Source: an uncultured Desulfobacteraceae bacterium
GTDB taxonomy: Bacteria > Desulfobacterota > DSM-4660 > Desulfatiglandales > HGW-15
Length of the DNA: 64,000 bases
Reading direction: 5' to 3'
NCBI GenBank assembly: GCA_964418945.1
Contig: CAYQNR010000005.1
Coordinates: 5,771-69,770, forward strand
Positions 26,973 to 35,793 of this stretch are shown here, piece after piece. The notes under the pieces were generated by a model. That model was not told the DNA's origin and made no database searches. It worked only from the letters and a program-made list of their open reading frames with translations. Every line of letters starts with the position of its first letter. The stretch's first letter is position 1. The translations under genes and the position numbers were made by a program.

Positions 26973-27952
26973 ACACGGTGATAAAGCACGGAAAAATCAG
27001 CCGTCGCCGATTTATAAATCGTTTGATCAAGGCGGGTCTGTCTATTGCCGGTGCCGGTGCCCTGGGCTACTTCTTCTATGATCCGGTCGGACCTTCGGGT
27101 TCACTGGAGGGAGAATTGGTATCGATCCCTGATTTTTCAATGCCCCGGGCCGGGAAAAAGATGGCGGTGGTGAGGGGATCTGTCCGGAAGGAAACCTTAA
27201 ACAGGGCCTTTAAGGCCCTCGGCGGCATGGAGAGTTTTGTTAAAAAAGGAGATCGGGTATTGCTTAAGGTAAACGCGGCATTTGCTTCGCCTCCCATGCT
27301 GTCAGCCACCAGTCATCCCGAACTTATTACCGCTTGCATAGATCTCTGTTACCGGGCCGGAGCAGAAATGGTTCGGGTAACCGATAATCCGATCAACGAT
27401 CCTGCCGCCTGTTTCAGGTTGACCGGAATCGAGGCCGCGGTTAAATCCGCAGGTGGTGAACTGGTCTTTCCCAGGGATAGTCTTTTCAGACGGACAACCG
27501 TGAAGGGAGGCAGTTTAATAACAAACTGGCCCTTGCTTTTTTCGCCTCTTGAGGGGATTACAAAATTGATAGGGATTTCTCCGGTTAAGGGTCACCAGAG
27601 AAGCGGGGCGTCGATGGCTATGAAAAACTGGTACGGCCTTCTGGGCGGACAAAGAAATATCTTTCACCAGGATATTCACAATGCCATCAAGGAGTTGTCC
27701 ATGATGGTAAGACCGACCCTGGTAATCCTCGACGGCACGACAAGCATGATGACCAACGGACCCACAGGAGGGTCCCTGTCTGATCTGAAGAACACGGATA
27801 CGATGATCGTCAGCACGGACCAGGTGGCGGCCGATGCCTTTGGGTGTTCTTTGCTCGATAAAGAGGTACGGGACCTGCCGTTCATATCCAAGGCTGCTGA
27901 AGCCGGATCAGGGACGGCGGAGTATGAATCATTAAAACCGATTTTTATTTAG
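26969..27952 (+). CDS. Tat-signal DUF362 domain protein
   Basis: The Tat signal is KISRRRFINRLIKAGLSIAGAGALG. DUF362-type blocks are GDRVLLKVNAAF, SHPELITACIDLCYRAGA, MAMKNWYGLLGG and LVILDGTTSMMTNGPTGG. Confidence 0.8.
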   Translation: MNTVIKHGKISRRRFINRLIKAGLSIAGAGALGYFFYDPVGPSGSLEGELVSIPDFSMPRAGKKMAVVRGSVRKETLNRAFKALGGMESFVKKGDRVLLKVNAAFASPPMLSATSHPELITACIDLCYRAGAEMVRVTDNPINDPAACFRLTGIEAAVKSAGGELVFPRDSLFRRTTVKGGSLITNWPLLFSPLEGITKLIGISPVKGHQRSGASMAMKNWYGLLGGQRNIFHQDIHNAIKELSMMVRPTLVILDGTTSMMTNGPTGGSLSDLKNTDTMIVSTDQVAADAFGCSLLDKEVRDLPFISKAAEAGSGTAEYESLKPIFI

Positions 27953-28002
27953 ACAGGGTTTTCCCGGTTGTAAGTGAAGGGAAGGAAATTCTATTCACAA
28001 AT

Positions 28003-29766
28003 TTGATAGGGTCAGGATCTAAAGTGAGAATAGTAACCGTCAGAAGGATAAGCCAGGTATTCTTCTTTTGTCTATTTATATGGTTCTGTGTGGTCTCCAC
28101 CTTCGGCACGGAGTGGTGGCAATTAAGGGGCTGGCCGGTCAACTTGATCCTCCATCTGGACCCTCTCGTGGCAATCGGGACATTACTTACCACTCATACT
28201 ATATATAGAGGAGTGTCTTGGGCTTTGCTGACTATTGTCCTGACAGTCATATTCGGCAGATTCTTTTGCGGATGGGTATGCCCCTTCGGGGCATTGCATC
28301 AGTTTGTAGGGTATCTCGCAAACAGGGGGAGGAAATTAAAAGACAGGGTCAACTCTAACAGGTATCGAAAAGCGGCTTCACTAAAATATCTTTTTTTGAT
28401 CGCTTTTCTGGTCGCAGCGGCCATACCGCTGGGGAATAAAACTATGCTGTTTACCGGTCTGCTGGACCCTATCCCTTTCCTCCACCGTTCAATCAACATA
28501 ATCCTCCTTCCCATAGTTGATCAATTTGTCCATATGCTTTCGGTGGATGCCCGTATCTATGAAGGGGCCTTCTTGATAGGTGTCTTATTTGTGGCTGCTG
28601 TATCTATGAACCTGCTGATCCCGCGCTTTTATTGTCGTTTTATCTGTCCCGCCGGAGCCCTGATGGCTCTTATCAGCAGATACTCCATCTGGCGGATAGG
28701 AAAGACGGAGGCTGTCTGCTCCAATTGCATGCAGTGTGAAAAGGCCTGCGAGGGCGGCTGTGAACCTTCCGGAGTGATCAAGATTAGTGAGTGTGTCTTG
28801 TGTTTTAATTGCTATGACCAGTGCAAGGACAGGGTAGTGAAATACCGGACAGTCGCGTCCGAAGGCGGTGAAATATCAAACCCCGACCTTACCCGTCGGG
28901 GATTGATCCTGTCTTCATTGTCGGGGCTTATGGCCGTACAGTTGTTCCCGTTGAGCAGGGGAACCGCTACTACCGGAGATAATACCATGGTGAGGCCGCC
29001 GGGGGCGCTTCCGGAAGAGGAGTTTTTGCAGAGGTGTATCAAATGCGGTCAGTGCATGCGAATTTGCCCTACCAATATCATCGTGCCTTCTGGCCTATTC
29101 GGAGGCCTGGAAAATCTCTGGACTCCGGTGCTGGACTTTACGGGGGGCACCAGTGGGTGTCAATTGAATTGCACTGCCTGCGGCCATATTTGCCCCACTT
29201 CTGCAATAAGGCCCATCAATCTTGAAGAGAAGCTGGGTATTGATGAATTTGCAAAAAAGGGACCGATAAGGATGGGAAGCGCTTATGTGGACCGCACCCG
29301 TTGCCTGCCCTGGGCCATGCGCAGGCCCTGCATTGTATGCCAGGAGAATTGTCCTTTGACACCAAAGGCCATATATGTTACGGAGGCATATGAGACCGCC
29401 CGTTCGGGTATAATGTATATAGTCTCAGCGGAAGGGAAAGAAATCCGTGTCTCAGGAACACGAATGGAGACGGGGCAGTACGCTACGGGTGACTATTATG
29501 TGCTGGCAGGAAAGACTGAAGGAAAACCGGCCAGATACAGGATATCTTCCAACAGCAAAGATAGTTTGACAGTCAACACGGAGGATCCACCGAATCTTAA
29601 GAATGATGACAGGATAGAGATACAGGTCCGTCTTCAACAGCCGCATATCGACCTTGAAAGGTGTACAGGATGCGGTATATGTGTGCACGAGTGTCCGGTG
29701 GGCGGAAATAGGGCCATCAGGGTAACATCCGACAACGAATCAAGGAGCGCGAAAAAATTGGCCTAA
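28003..29766 (+). CDS. NapH-like membrane polyferredoxin fused to a NapG-like periplasmic ferredoxin
   Basis: The N-terminal half has TM helices with FFCGWVCPFG and YCRFICPAG plus CSNCMQCEKAC/CVLCFNCYDQC. The junction reads TRRGLILSSLSGLMAV...VRPPGALPEEEFLQRCIKCGQCMRICP, followed by CTACGHICP, CIVCQENCP and CTGCGICVHECP. The start codon is uncertain (TTG at 28003 or GTG at 28024). Confidence 0.8.
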   Translation: MIGSGSKVRIVTVRRISQVFFFCLFIWFCVVSTFGTEWWQLRGWPVNLILHLDPLVAIGTLLTTHTIYRGVSWALLTIVLTVIFGRFFCGWVCPFGALHQFVGYLANRGRKLKDRVNSNRYRKAASLKYLFLIAFLVAAAIPLGNKTMLFTGLLDPIPFLHRSINIILLPIVDQFVHMLSVDARIYEGAFLIGVLFVAAVSMNLLIPRFYCRFICPAGALMALISRYSIWRIGKTEAVCSNCMQCEKACEGGCEPSGVIKISECVLCFNCYDQCKDRVVKYRTVASEGGEISNPDLTRRGLILSSLSGLMAVQLFPLSRGTATTGDNTMVRPPGALPEEEFLQRCIKCGQCMRICPTNIIVPSGLFGGLENLWTPVLDFTGGTSGCQLNCTACGHICPTSAIRPINLEEKLGIDEFAKKGPIRMGSAYVDRTRCLPWAMRRPCIVCQENCPLTPKAIYVTEAYETARSGIMYIVSAEGKEIRVSGTRMETGQYATGDYYVLAGKTEGKPARYRISSNSKDSLTVNTEDPPNLKNDDRIEIQVRLQQPHIDLERCTGCGICVHECPVGGNRAIRVTSDNESRSAKKLA

Positions 29767-29839
29767 CCATATTATTGGATTATGAAATCCAAAGGTACAT
29801 GGTTCCCATAATCCTGATCAGGGCAGGTAAGGAAAATAC

Positions 29840-31087
29840 ATGAAGACAGAAGAGAAGAGAATGGACCGGAGGACATTCTTAAGGACCACAGGCATAGGGG
29901 GTGCCTCTCTGGCGCTTTCCGCCGGGTTTGGCGGAAAAGTCTTGGCTGCTGAAATCGAGGATCACATTTCGTCAAAGGAGATGCCCAGTCGCATTCTGGG
30001 GAAGACAGGTGTCCCCGTGTCTATCCTCGGCATGGGTGGTAGTATTGATACCACCGGGTACCAGCTACTATTAAGGATTGGTCTTAATATGGGTGTTAAT
30101 TATTGGGATACTTCTCATAATTACGGAAACGGCAGAAACGAGGAGGTGATCGGTCAGTTTTACAGCAAATATCCGGAAGACAGGAAAAAGGTTTTCCAGG
30201 TTACCAAGGCCTCCAGGACAACTGAACCGGAAGGAATGACCAGGCAGCTAAATCTTTCGCTTGAACGCATGCAGACAGACTATGTAGACCTCTATCTTAT
30301 GCATATGCTGCAAGATCCCGGACTGCTCACGCCTGAAATAAAGGCGTGGGCTAAGCAGAAAAAGAAGGAAGGCAAAATAAGATTCTTTGGATTCAGTTGC
30401 CATGGCAACATGGCCAGGCTGCTTATGCATGCGGTATCTCTAGGCTGGATAGACGTGGTAATGTCATCCTATAATTATCAACTAATGAAGGATGATGATA
30501 TAAAAAGAGGGATTGAGTCCTGCGCCAGAGCCAACATAGGTCTGGCAGCCATGAAAACACAGGGACAGCGATTTGCGCCGCCCGGGATTCGGGCCCCGGG
30601 TGAAATCCAGGGGTGGGAGAACCTTCGGATCATGAACCATTTCATGGATAAAGGTTACACACCGGAGCAGGCAAAATTGAAGGCGGTATGGGAAGACAAA
30701 AGAATAACCACTTGTGTATCGGAAATGACTAACCTTACCATGTTGAAGGATAATGTGGCTGCAGCTACCGATGGTGCGCAATTGTCAGGTAGAGACAAGG
30801 AGATGCTGGATAATCTCGCTCGGAATAATCGCAACCTTTACTGTCAGGGCTGTATGCGTTGCGAATCGGTTCTGGGCTCAGAAAGCAGGGTCCCGGATGT
30901 CCTGCGGTACATGATGTATTATAACAGCTATGGAAAAACCAATGACGCCAGGAGATTGTTCAGAGAGTTGCCCGAGATCGTAAGAAACAGTCTGGCTTCA
31001 AGAGATTATTCGCGTGCGGAACGGGTATGTCCTAATCATGTTGAGATAGGCAAGGCAATGAGACGAGCTGTCAATCTGCTGGCTTAG
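29840..31087 (+). CDS. Tat-exported aldo/keto reductase with a C-terminal Cys cluster (COG1453-like), copy 1
   Basis: The Tat signal is MDRRTFLRTTGIGGASLALSAGFGGKVLA|AE. AKR residues lie in WDTSHNYGNG, VTKAS and LMHM. The C-terminus carries YCQGCMRCE...CPNH. Confidence 0.85.
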   Translation: MKTEEKRMDRRTFLRTTGIGGASLALSAGFGGKVLAAEIEDHISSKEMPSRILGKTGVPVSILGMGGSIDTTGYQLLLRIGLNMGVNYWDTSHNYGNGRNEEVIGQFYSKYPEDRKKVFQVTKASRTTEPEGMTRQLNLSLERMQTDYVDLYLMHMLQDPGLLTPEIKAWAKQKKKEGKIRFFGFSCHGNMARLLMHAVSLGWIDVVMSSYNYQLMKDDDIKRGIESCARANIGLAAMKTQGQRFAPPGIRAPGEIQGWENLRIMNHFMDKGYTPEQAKLKAVWEDKRITTCVSEMTNLTMLKDNVAAATDGAQLSGRDKEMLDNLARNNRNLYCQGCMRCESVLGSESRVPDVLRYMMYYNSYGKTNDARRLFRELPEIVRNSLASRDYSRAERVCPNHVEIGKAMRRAVNLLA

Positions 31088-31248
31088 ACAGTCCCTATTC
31101 CCTGTTTAACATTTTGTGGTTCACATTCTTGAATCCCGGAATCTTTGGCCCTCTTCTCTTACGTAATGGGGAGGAAGAATATTTCATGTGAATAATCACG
31201 AATTCAGCAATCTCTTATAAAAACTTTTAGATGTGGAGGTGAATTACA

Positions 31249-32472
31249 ATGTCGCCTGAAAAGAAAAAGATGGATCGAAGGGCATTCTTAAAGACTGCTG
31301 GGATAGGGAGCGCCTCCCTGGCCCTTTCGGCCGGGCTTTCGAATAGGGCCCTGGCCTTTGAAGATACGAACAAGAGTTCATCGAAAGAAATACCCACTCG
31401 CGTTCTGGGGAAGACGGGTGTACGGGTACCTATCCTTGCCCTGGGGGGTATTATTGACTGGACTATAAACCAGAATATCTTAAGGATGGCTTTTAATATG
31501 GGTGTCCATTACTGGGATACGGCCCCTGTCTATGGAAATGGCAAAAGCGAGATAGGAATAGGCCAATACTTCGCCAAGTATCCTGAAGACAGGAAAAAGA
31601 TATTTCTCGCATCAAAGGCCTCCGGTGCGAATAACCCCGAAGGAATGACCCGATGTCTGGAACTGTCTTTTGAAAGGATGAACACCGATTATATTGATCT
31701 ATATTTGATGCATGGTCTGCGAAGCCCGGAATTGCTTACACCTGAGGTAAAGGCATGGGCAGAGCAGAAAAAAAATGAAGGAAAGATAAGATTCTTCGGA
31801 TACACCACCCATGTCAATAATTCCGAGATGTTTGTCCAGACATCAACCCTGGGCTGGATAGATGCTGTAATGGCGATCTATAATTATCGAATAATGACTG
31901 ACGGTGATATCTCCAAGGGTATAGAGGCATGCAAAAAGGCAGGTATCGGATTTGTTGCTATGAAAGTGTTCGGCCACAGATTTATGTCCGCTGAATCTCC
32001 TGAGGACCTCGAGGTTACAAATTATTTCATGGAAAAGGGTTACACGCCGGAACAGGCAAAACTAAAGGCGGTGTGGAAAGATGAAAGGATTGCCTCATCT
32101 TGTGTGTTAATGAAGAATCTTACTATGTTAAAGGATAACGTCGCGGCCGCCACTGATAACTTGGAATTGTCCAAGCGTGAAATAAATATGCTTAAAAGGC
32201 TGGCTGAAAGCACACGTAATTCTTATTGCCAAGGGTGCGGGCGATGTTTATCCGTCATGGGATCGGAGAGCGGGATACCTGATGTGCTTCGCTATATGAT
32301 GTATTACAACGGCTATGGAGAAAGGGATCGGGCCAGGGAACAATTCAGGCACCTGCCTGAGTCTGTTAAGAAGGACCTGGCGTCAAGAGACTATTCCCAT
32401 GCCGAATGCGCATGTCCTCACAATATTGAAATCGGCAAGGCGATGAGGGAAGCCGTAAAGATACTGGGATAA
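31249..32472 (+). CDS. Tat-exported aldo/keto reductase with a C-terminal Cys cluster, copy 2
   Basis: The Tat signal is MDRRAFLKTAGIGSASLALSAGLSNRALA|FE. AKR residues lie in WDTAPVYGNG, ASKAS and LMHG. The C-terminus carries YCQGCGRCL...CACPHN. It shares long identical blocks with copy 1. Confidence 0.85.
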   Translation: MSPEKKKMDRRAFLKTAGIGSASLALSAGLSNRALAFEDTNKSSSKEIPTRVLGKTGVRVPILALGGIIDWTINQNILRMAFNMGVHYWDTAPVYGNGKSEIGIGQYFAKYPEDRKKIFLASKASGANNPEGMTRCLELSFERMNTDYIDLYLMHGLRSPELLTPEVKAWAEQKKNEGKIRFFGYTTHVNNSEMFVQTSTLGWIDAVMAIYNYRIMTDGDISKGIEACKKAGIGFVAMKVFGHRFMSAESPEDLEVTNYFMEKGYTPEQAKLKAVWKDERIASSCVLMKNLTMLKDNVAAATDNLELSKREINMLKRLAESTRNSYCQGCGRCLSVMGSESGIPDVLRYMMYYNGYGERDRAREQFRHLPESVKKDLASRDYSHAECACPHNIEIGKAMREAVKILG

Positions 32473-32492
32473 GAATGTCTTCCAGGTGAGCA

Positions 32493-33365
32493 TTAACTCA
32501 AATTGTGTTCAGCAGCCCACTCCGCGACATGGATGGGGGTTTCGAGCACTGTGGCTCCTGCGGCCCTCAGGGCCTCCTGCTTGCTTGGTACCGTCCCTGA
32601 GGCGCCGCGCACGATGGCACCCGCGTGGCCCATGCGTTTTCCCTGCGGTGAATAACGCCCCGCGATGTACACTGCTACAGGCTTGGTCATCCTCCTTGCT
32701 ATGAATCCGGCGGCCTTCTCTTCCTGTTCTCCGCCTACCTCGCCCACTATAATAACTGCATCGGTGCCTTCATCTTCCTCAAACAGCTCAAGTATATCCA
32801 CGAGATTTCTCAGTACAACCGGATCGGCACCCATGCCGACAACGGTGCTCTGCCCGACCTTTTTTTCCGATAGTATGCCCGCGAATTCATAGGAGAGGGT
32901 CCCGCTTCGTGAAATAATACCGACCCGGCCGGGCGCAAACATTGAGGCCGGCATGATGCCCATCTTTCCTTTGCCTGGAACGAGGATGCCGGGGGTGTTG
33001 GGACCCAGGGCGAACACGCCCAAGTCAATGGCATAGCCGCGCATCTTCATCACATCCCTGACAGGGATATTTTCGGGGACAACGACAATGAGCTTGATCC
33101 CCGCCTCAATAGTCTCCATAAAGGCGTCCAGGACAAAGGCTGCGGGGACGAAGAATACGGAGGCGTTAGCCCCTGTTTCCTTTACGGCCTCATGGACGTT
33201 GTTGAAGACGGGAAGTCCCTCCACGGTGGCCCCACCTTTGCCCGGGGTGACGCCGCCCACGGTCTTTGTGCCGTATTCAAGCATCCAGTGGGTTTGGGTG
33301 CTTCCTTGGCGGCCCGTGATTCCTTGCACCAGGACACGTGTTGAATCGTTTATAAGGATACTCAT
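32493..33365 (-). CDS. sucD: Succinate--CoA ligase (ADP-forming) alpha subunit-like
   Basis: Motifs: VLVQGITGRQG, SRSGTLSYE, and the phospho-His loop GKRMGHAGAIV. Confidence 0.85.
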   Translation of the reverse strand: MSILINDSTRVLVQGITGRQGSTQTHWMLEYGTKTVGGVTPGKGGATVEGLPVFNNVHEAVKETGANASVFFVPAAFVLDAFMETIEAGIKLIVVVPENIPVRDVMKMRGYAIDLGVFALGPNTPGILVPGKGKMGIMPASMFAPGRVGIISRSGTLSYEFAGILSEKKVGQSTVVGMGADPVVLRNLVDILELFEEDEGTDAVIIVGEVGGEQEEKAAGFIARRMTKPVAVYIAGRYSPQGKRMGHAGAIVRGASGTVPSKQEALRAAGATVLETPIHVAEWAAEHNLS

Positions 33366-33367
33366 CG

Positions 33368-34507
33368 TTAACCTCGTCCTACAATTTTATATAGGCGCTC
33401 TATGGCCTTTTCGGTAGCGGCTTCAGTCACCACGTGGATACCGGCTGAGCGCAAGATCTCCCATGTCTCCTCCTGGCGGTTTCCAAGGGCCTTTGCTACG
33501 ACAGGGATCTTTACGTTGTGTTCCTTTATGTAACGGGCCACGCCTTTAGCACCTTCGTGGATGGGATTGATGCCTCCGTACACATTAATGAATACGGCTC
33601 TAAGGTCAGGTTTCATCATGACAAGCTCCATACATTTATAGAGCAGATCAGCGGTAATCCCGCCGCCTGTCTCCATAAAGTTGGCAGGTTTCATATTTTG
33701 GCCGATGATGTCCGTGGAGGCCATACCGAGCCCGGCACCCGAGGCGATGAGTCCGATATCACCCTCAAGGTCCACGTAAGTGACTCCTATCTCCCTGCCC
33801 CTGCGTTCAAGAGGGTTCTCTATCCTATCGATACGATCAGGCAGGGGAAAGCTTATCCTGGATATGGCAGAATCGTCTATCTCCAATACGGCGTCAACCG
33901 CGATGAGTCCGCCGTTCGGGAGAACCACAAGGGGATTTATTTCGCAGATAAGGGCCTCATAGCTCATGGCGATGTTGTATAAGCGGGTGATCACACCTGT
34001 CCAGGAGGTGACGAGTTGAGGCTTGGTATCCAGCATCCTTAAGAGGGCACGTGCTTGATACGGGTAAAAACCGAAAGACGGGTCGATATGGATTGAGGCG
34101 ATGTTTTCCGGCGAGGTCCTCGCGACCTCTTCGATAAGCATGCCGCCTTGAGTGCTTACCACTATAACCGGCGTTCCCGAATATCCGTCTACCGTGATGC
34201 CCAGATAAAGCTCATTCGCGATCTCCACCTTCTCACACACCAAGATCTTCTGAACCGGATATCCTTTTATTTCGCTTGAGAACAGCTCTTCCCATACCCT
34301 GTCCAGTTCTTCGGGAGAGGCGGCCTCCTTAATGCCGCCTGCCAGGCCTCGGCCTCCTACCAGGACCTGGGCCTTGAGAATCACCGGATATCCAATGCCA
34401 TCCGCTATATTCTGGGCGTCTTCCACGCTCTCAGCGATACTGCGGCGGGGAACAGGGATGCCGTTCTGTCCGAAAATATCCAAAGCCTCGTATTCATGAA
34501 GTCTCAT
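33368..34507 (-). CDS. sucC: Succinate--CoA ligase beta subunit-like (ATP-grasp)
   Basis: Motifs: MRLHEYEALDIFGQNGIPVP and VILKAQVLVGGRGLAGGIK. It lies directly upstream of the alpha subunit with a 2-nt gap. Confidence 0.85.
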   Translation of the reverse strand: MRLHEYEALDIFGQNGIPVPRRSIAESVEDAQNIADGIGYPVILKAQVLVGGRGLAGGIKEAASPEELDRVWEELFSSEIKGYPVQKILVCEKVEIANELYLGITVDGYSGTPVIVVSTQGGMLIEEVARTSPENIASIHIDPSFGFYPYQARALLRMLDTKPQLVTSWTGVITRLYNIAMSYEALICEINPLVVLPNGGLIAVDAVLEIDDSAISRISFPLPDRIDRIENPLERRGREIGVTYVDLEGDIGLIASGAGLGMASTDIIGQNMKPANFMETGGGITADLLYKCMELVMMKPDLRAVFINVYGGINPIHEGAKGVARYIKEHNVKIPVVAKALGNRQEETWEILRSAGIHVVTEAATEKAIERLYKIVGRG

Positions 34508-34728
34508 AATGTTTTTCCTTTAGCTTGAGTCCTTGAACCCTAATCAAATTCTTGATGCAAGATACCAAACGGACGATGTTCGAAATATTCGATCGTGAAG
34601 GATAAAATGGCTATGCATATATGTCAATGAGAATAATTATATATTTAATCAAAATGTAATTCTATTGTGTTTTGTGTAAAAGACAATATTTGATTGCATA
34701 TTTAATTTATTTTTTGTAAAATATTTGC

Positions 34729-35430
34729 ATGAGCAAAGATAAGAAAAAGAACAACAAAAAGCGACATGAAGACAGCACCCAGATTGCCTATCATGGCATC
34801 AGGCACATGCTTTACAATAAGGAGCTTGTGCCGGGCCAGAGAATAGCCTACAGAGATCTGGCTGAAAGGCTTGAATTGAGTCCCACACCGATTATTCAAG
34901 CCCTGAAATGGCTGGAATTACAGGGTTATGTGCTGCATGAACCGAACCGTGGTTATGTCCTGGCGCCTTTCAGCGTAAAAGAGTTAGAGGAGCTTTATGA
35001 GATAAGGGAGCTTATCGAACCTTCTCTTGTCCCGGCCGCTATCGAGAAGATTGATAAACAAGGTCTCAGCAAACTCAAGGCGGCGCTTGAGGCTCACCTT
35101 TCTGCGGAAAGGGATTACTACCTGAAGGAAAGGCTGTTTAAAAACAGGGAATTCCATATGTCCCTTGCCTCTCTTTCCGGTAAAGCTACGCAGGTCCGGA
35201 TCCTGCAAAACGTCTTTGATATGCTTTTCCTCAAATACGGGGGCAACTATTTTCCCATAGCTTCAATATCGGCCACCGACCAGGCTCACCAAGAGGTGTA
35301 TGACGCCTTCGCGCTGCGTAGTATGGAAAGGGCGCAGTCCGTGCTCAAGAATCACTTGGCAAATGTGAAAATACAGGTGATGTCCAGTATCAAAAAGATA
35401 CTCGCGGAGCAAGAACGGACTGAGTTCTGA
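34729..35430 (+). CDS. GntR-family (FCD-type) transcriptional regulator
   Basis: The wHTH reads LVPGQRIAYRDLAERLELSPTPIIQALKWLELQGYVLHEPNRGYVLAP, and the C-terminus is helical and FCD-like. It is divergent from sucC. Confidence 0.85.
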   Translation: MSKDKKKNNKKRHEDSTQIAYHGIRHMLYNKELVPGQRIAYRDLAERLELSPTPIIQALKWLELQGYVLHEPNRGYVLAPFSVKELEELYEIRELIEPSLVPAAIEKIDKQGLSKLKAALEAHLSAERDYYLKERLFKNREFHMSLASLSGKATQVRILQNVFDMLFLKYGGNYFPIASISATDQAHQEVYDAFALRSMERAQSVLKNHLANVKIQVMSSIKKILAEQERTEF

Positions 35431-35532
35431 GGCACCGGGGCCTGTTATTACCTAAATCCAGGGGATGTTCAAAAAGGCAGGCTGTTTCTGTTGTTTAGAA
35501 TCAGGGCTAATGGTAGAAGGCACAAGGTTTTT

Positions 35533-35577
35533 TATCCGCCTTCGCAGAAGACCACGTGCTTGCCCGAGGGGCTCCAT
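35533..35577. repeat. ~44-bp dispersed repeat, copy 1
   Basis: TATCCGCCTTCGCAGAAGACCA...GGGGCTCCAT also occurs at 41131..41174. Confidence 0.6.
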
Positions 35578-35793
35578 CAATCACTGGGTTCTAAAGTGGA
35601 TTTTAACTTGCGCCCCGCACCATTAGGCTTTAATCTGTGGTCTCAACTAGACAGGCATAGCCATATTTTCGATGACTATTGAAACAGGGCTGCTTAGAAT
35701 CGCCGGCAGGCCTTTATTGACTGTTAATCTTTGATACCCCGTGAATGCTACGGGGTAATTTATTCAAAAACGAAAAAAGGTTTTTAAGATAAG

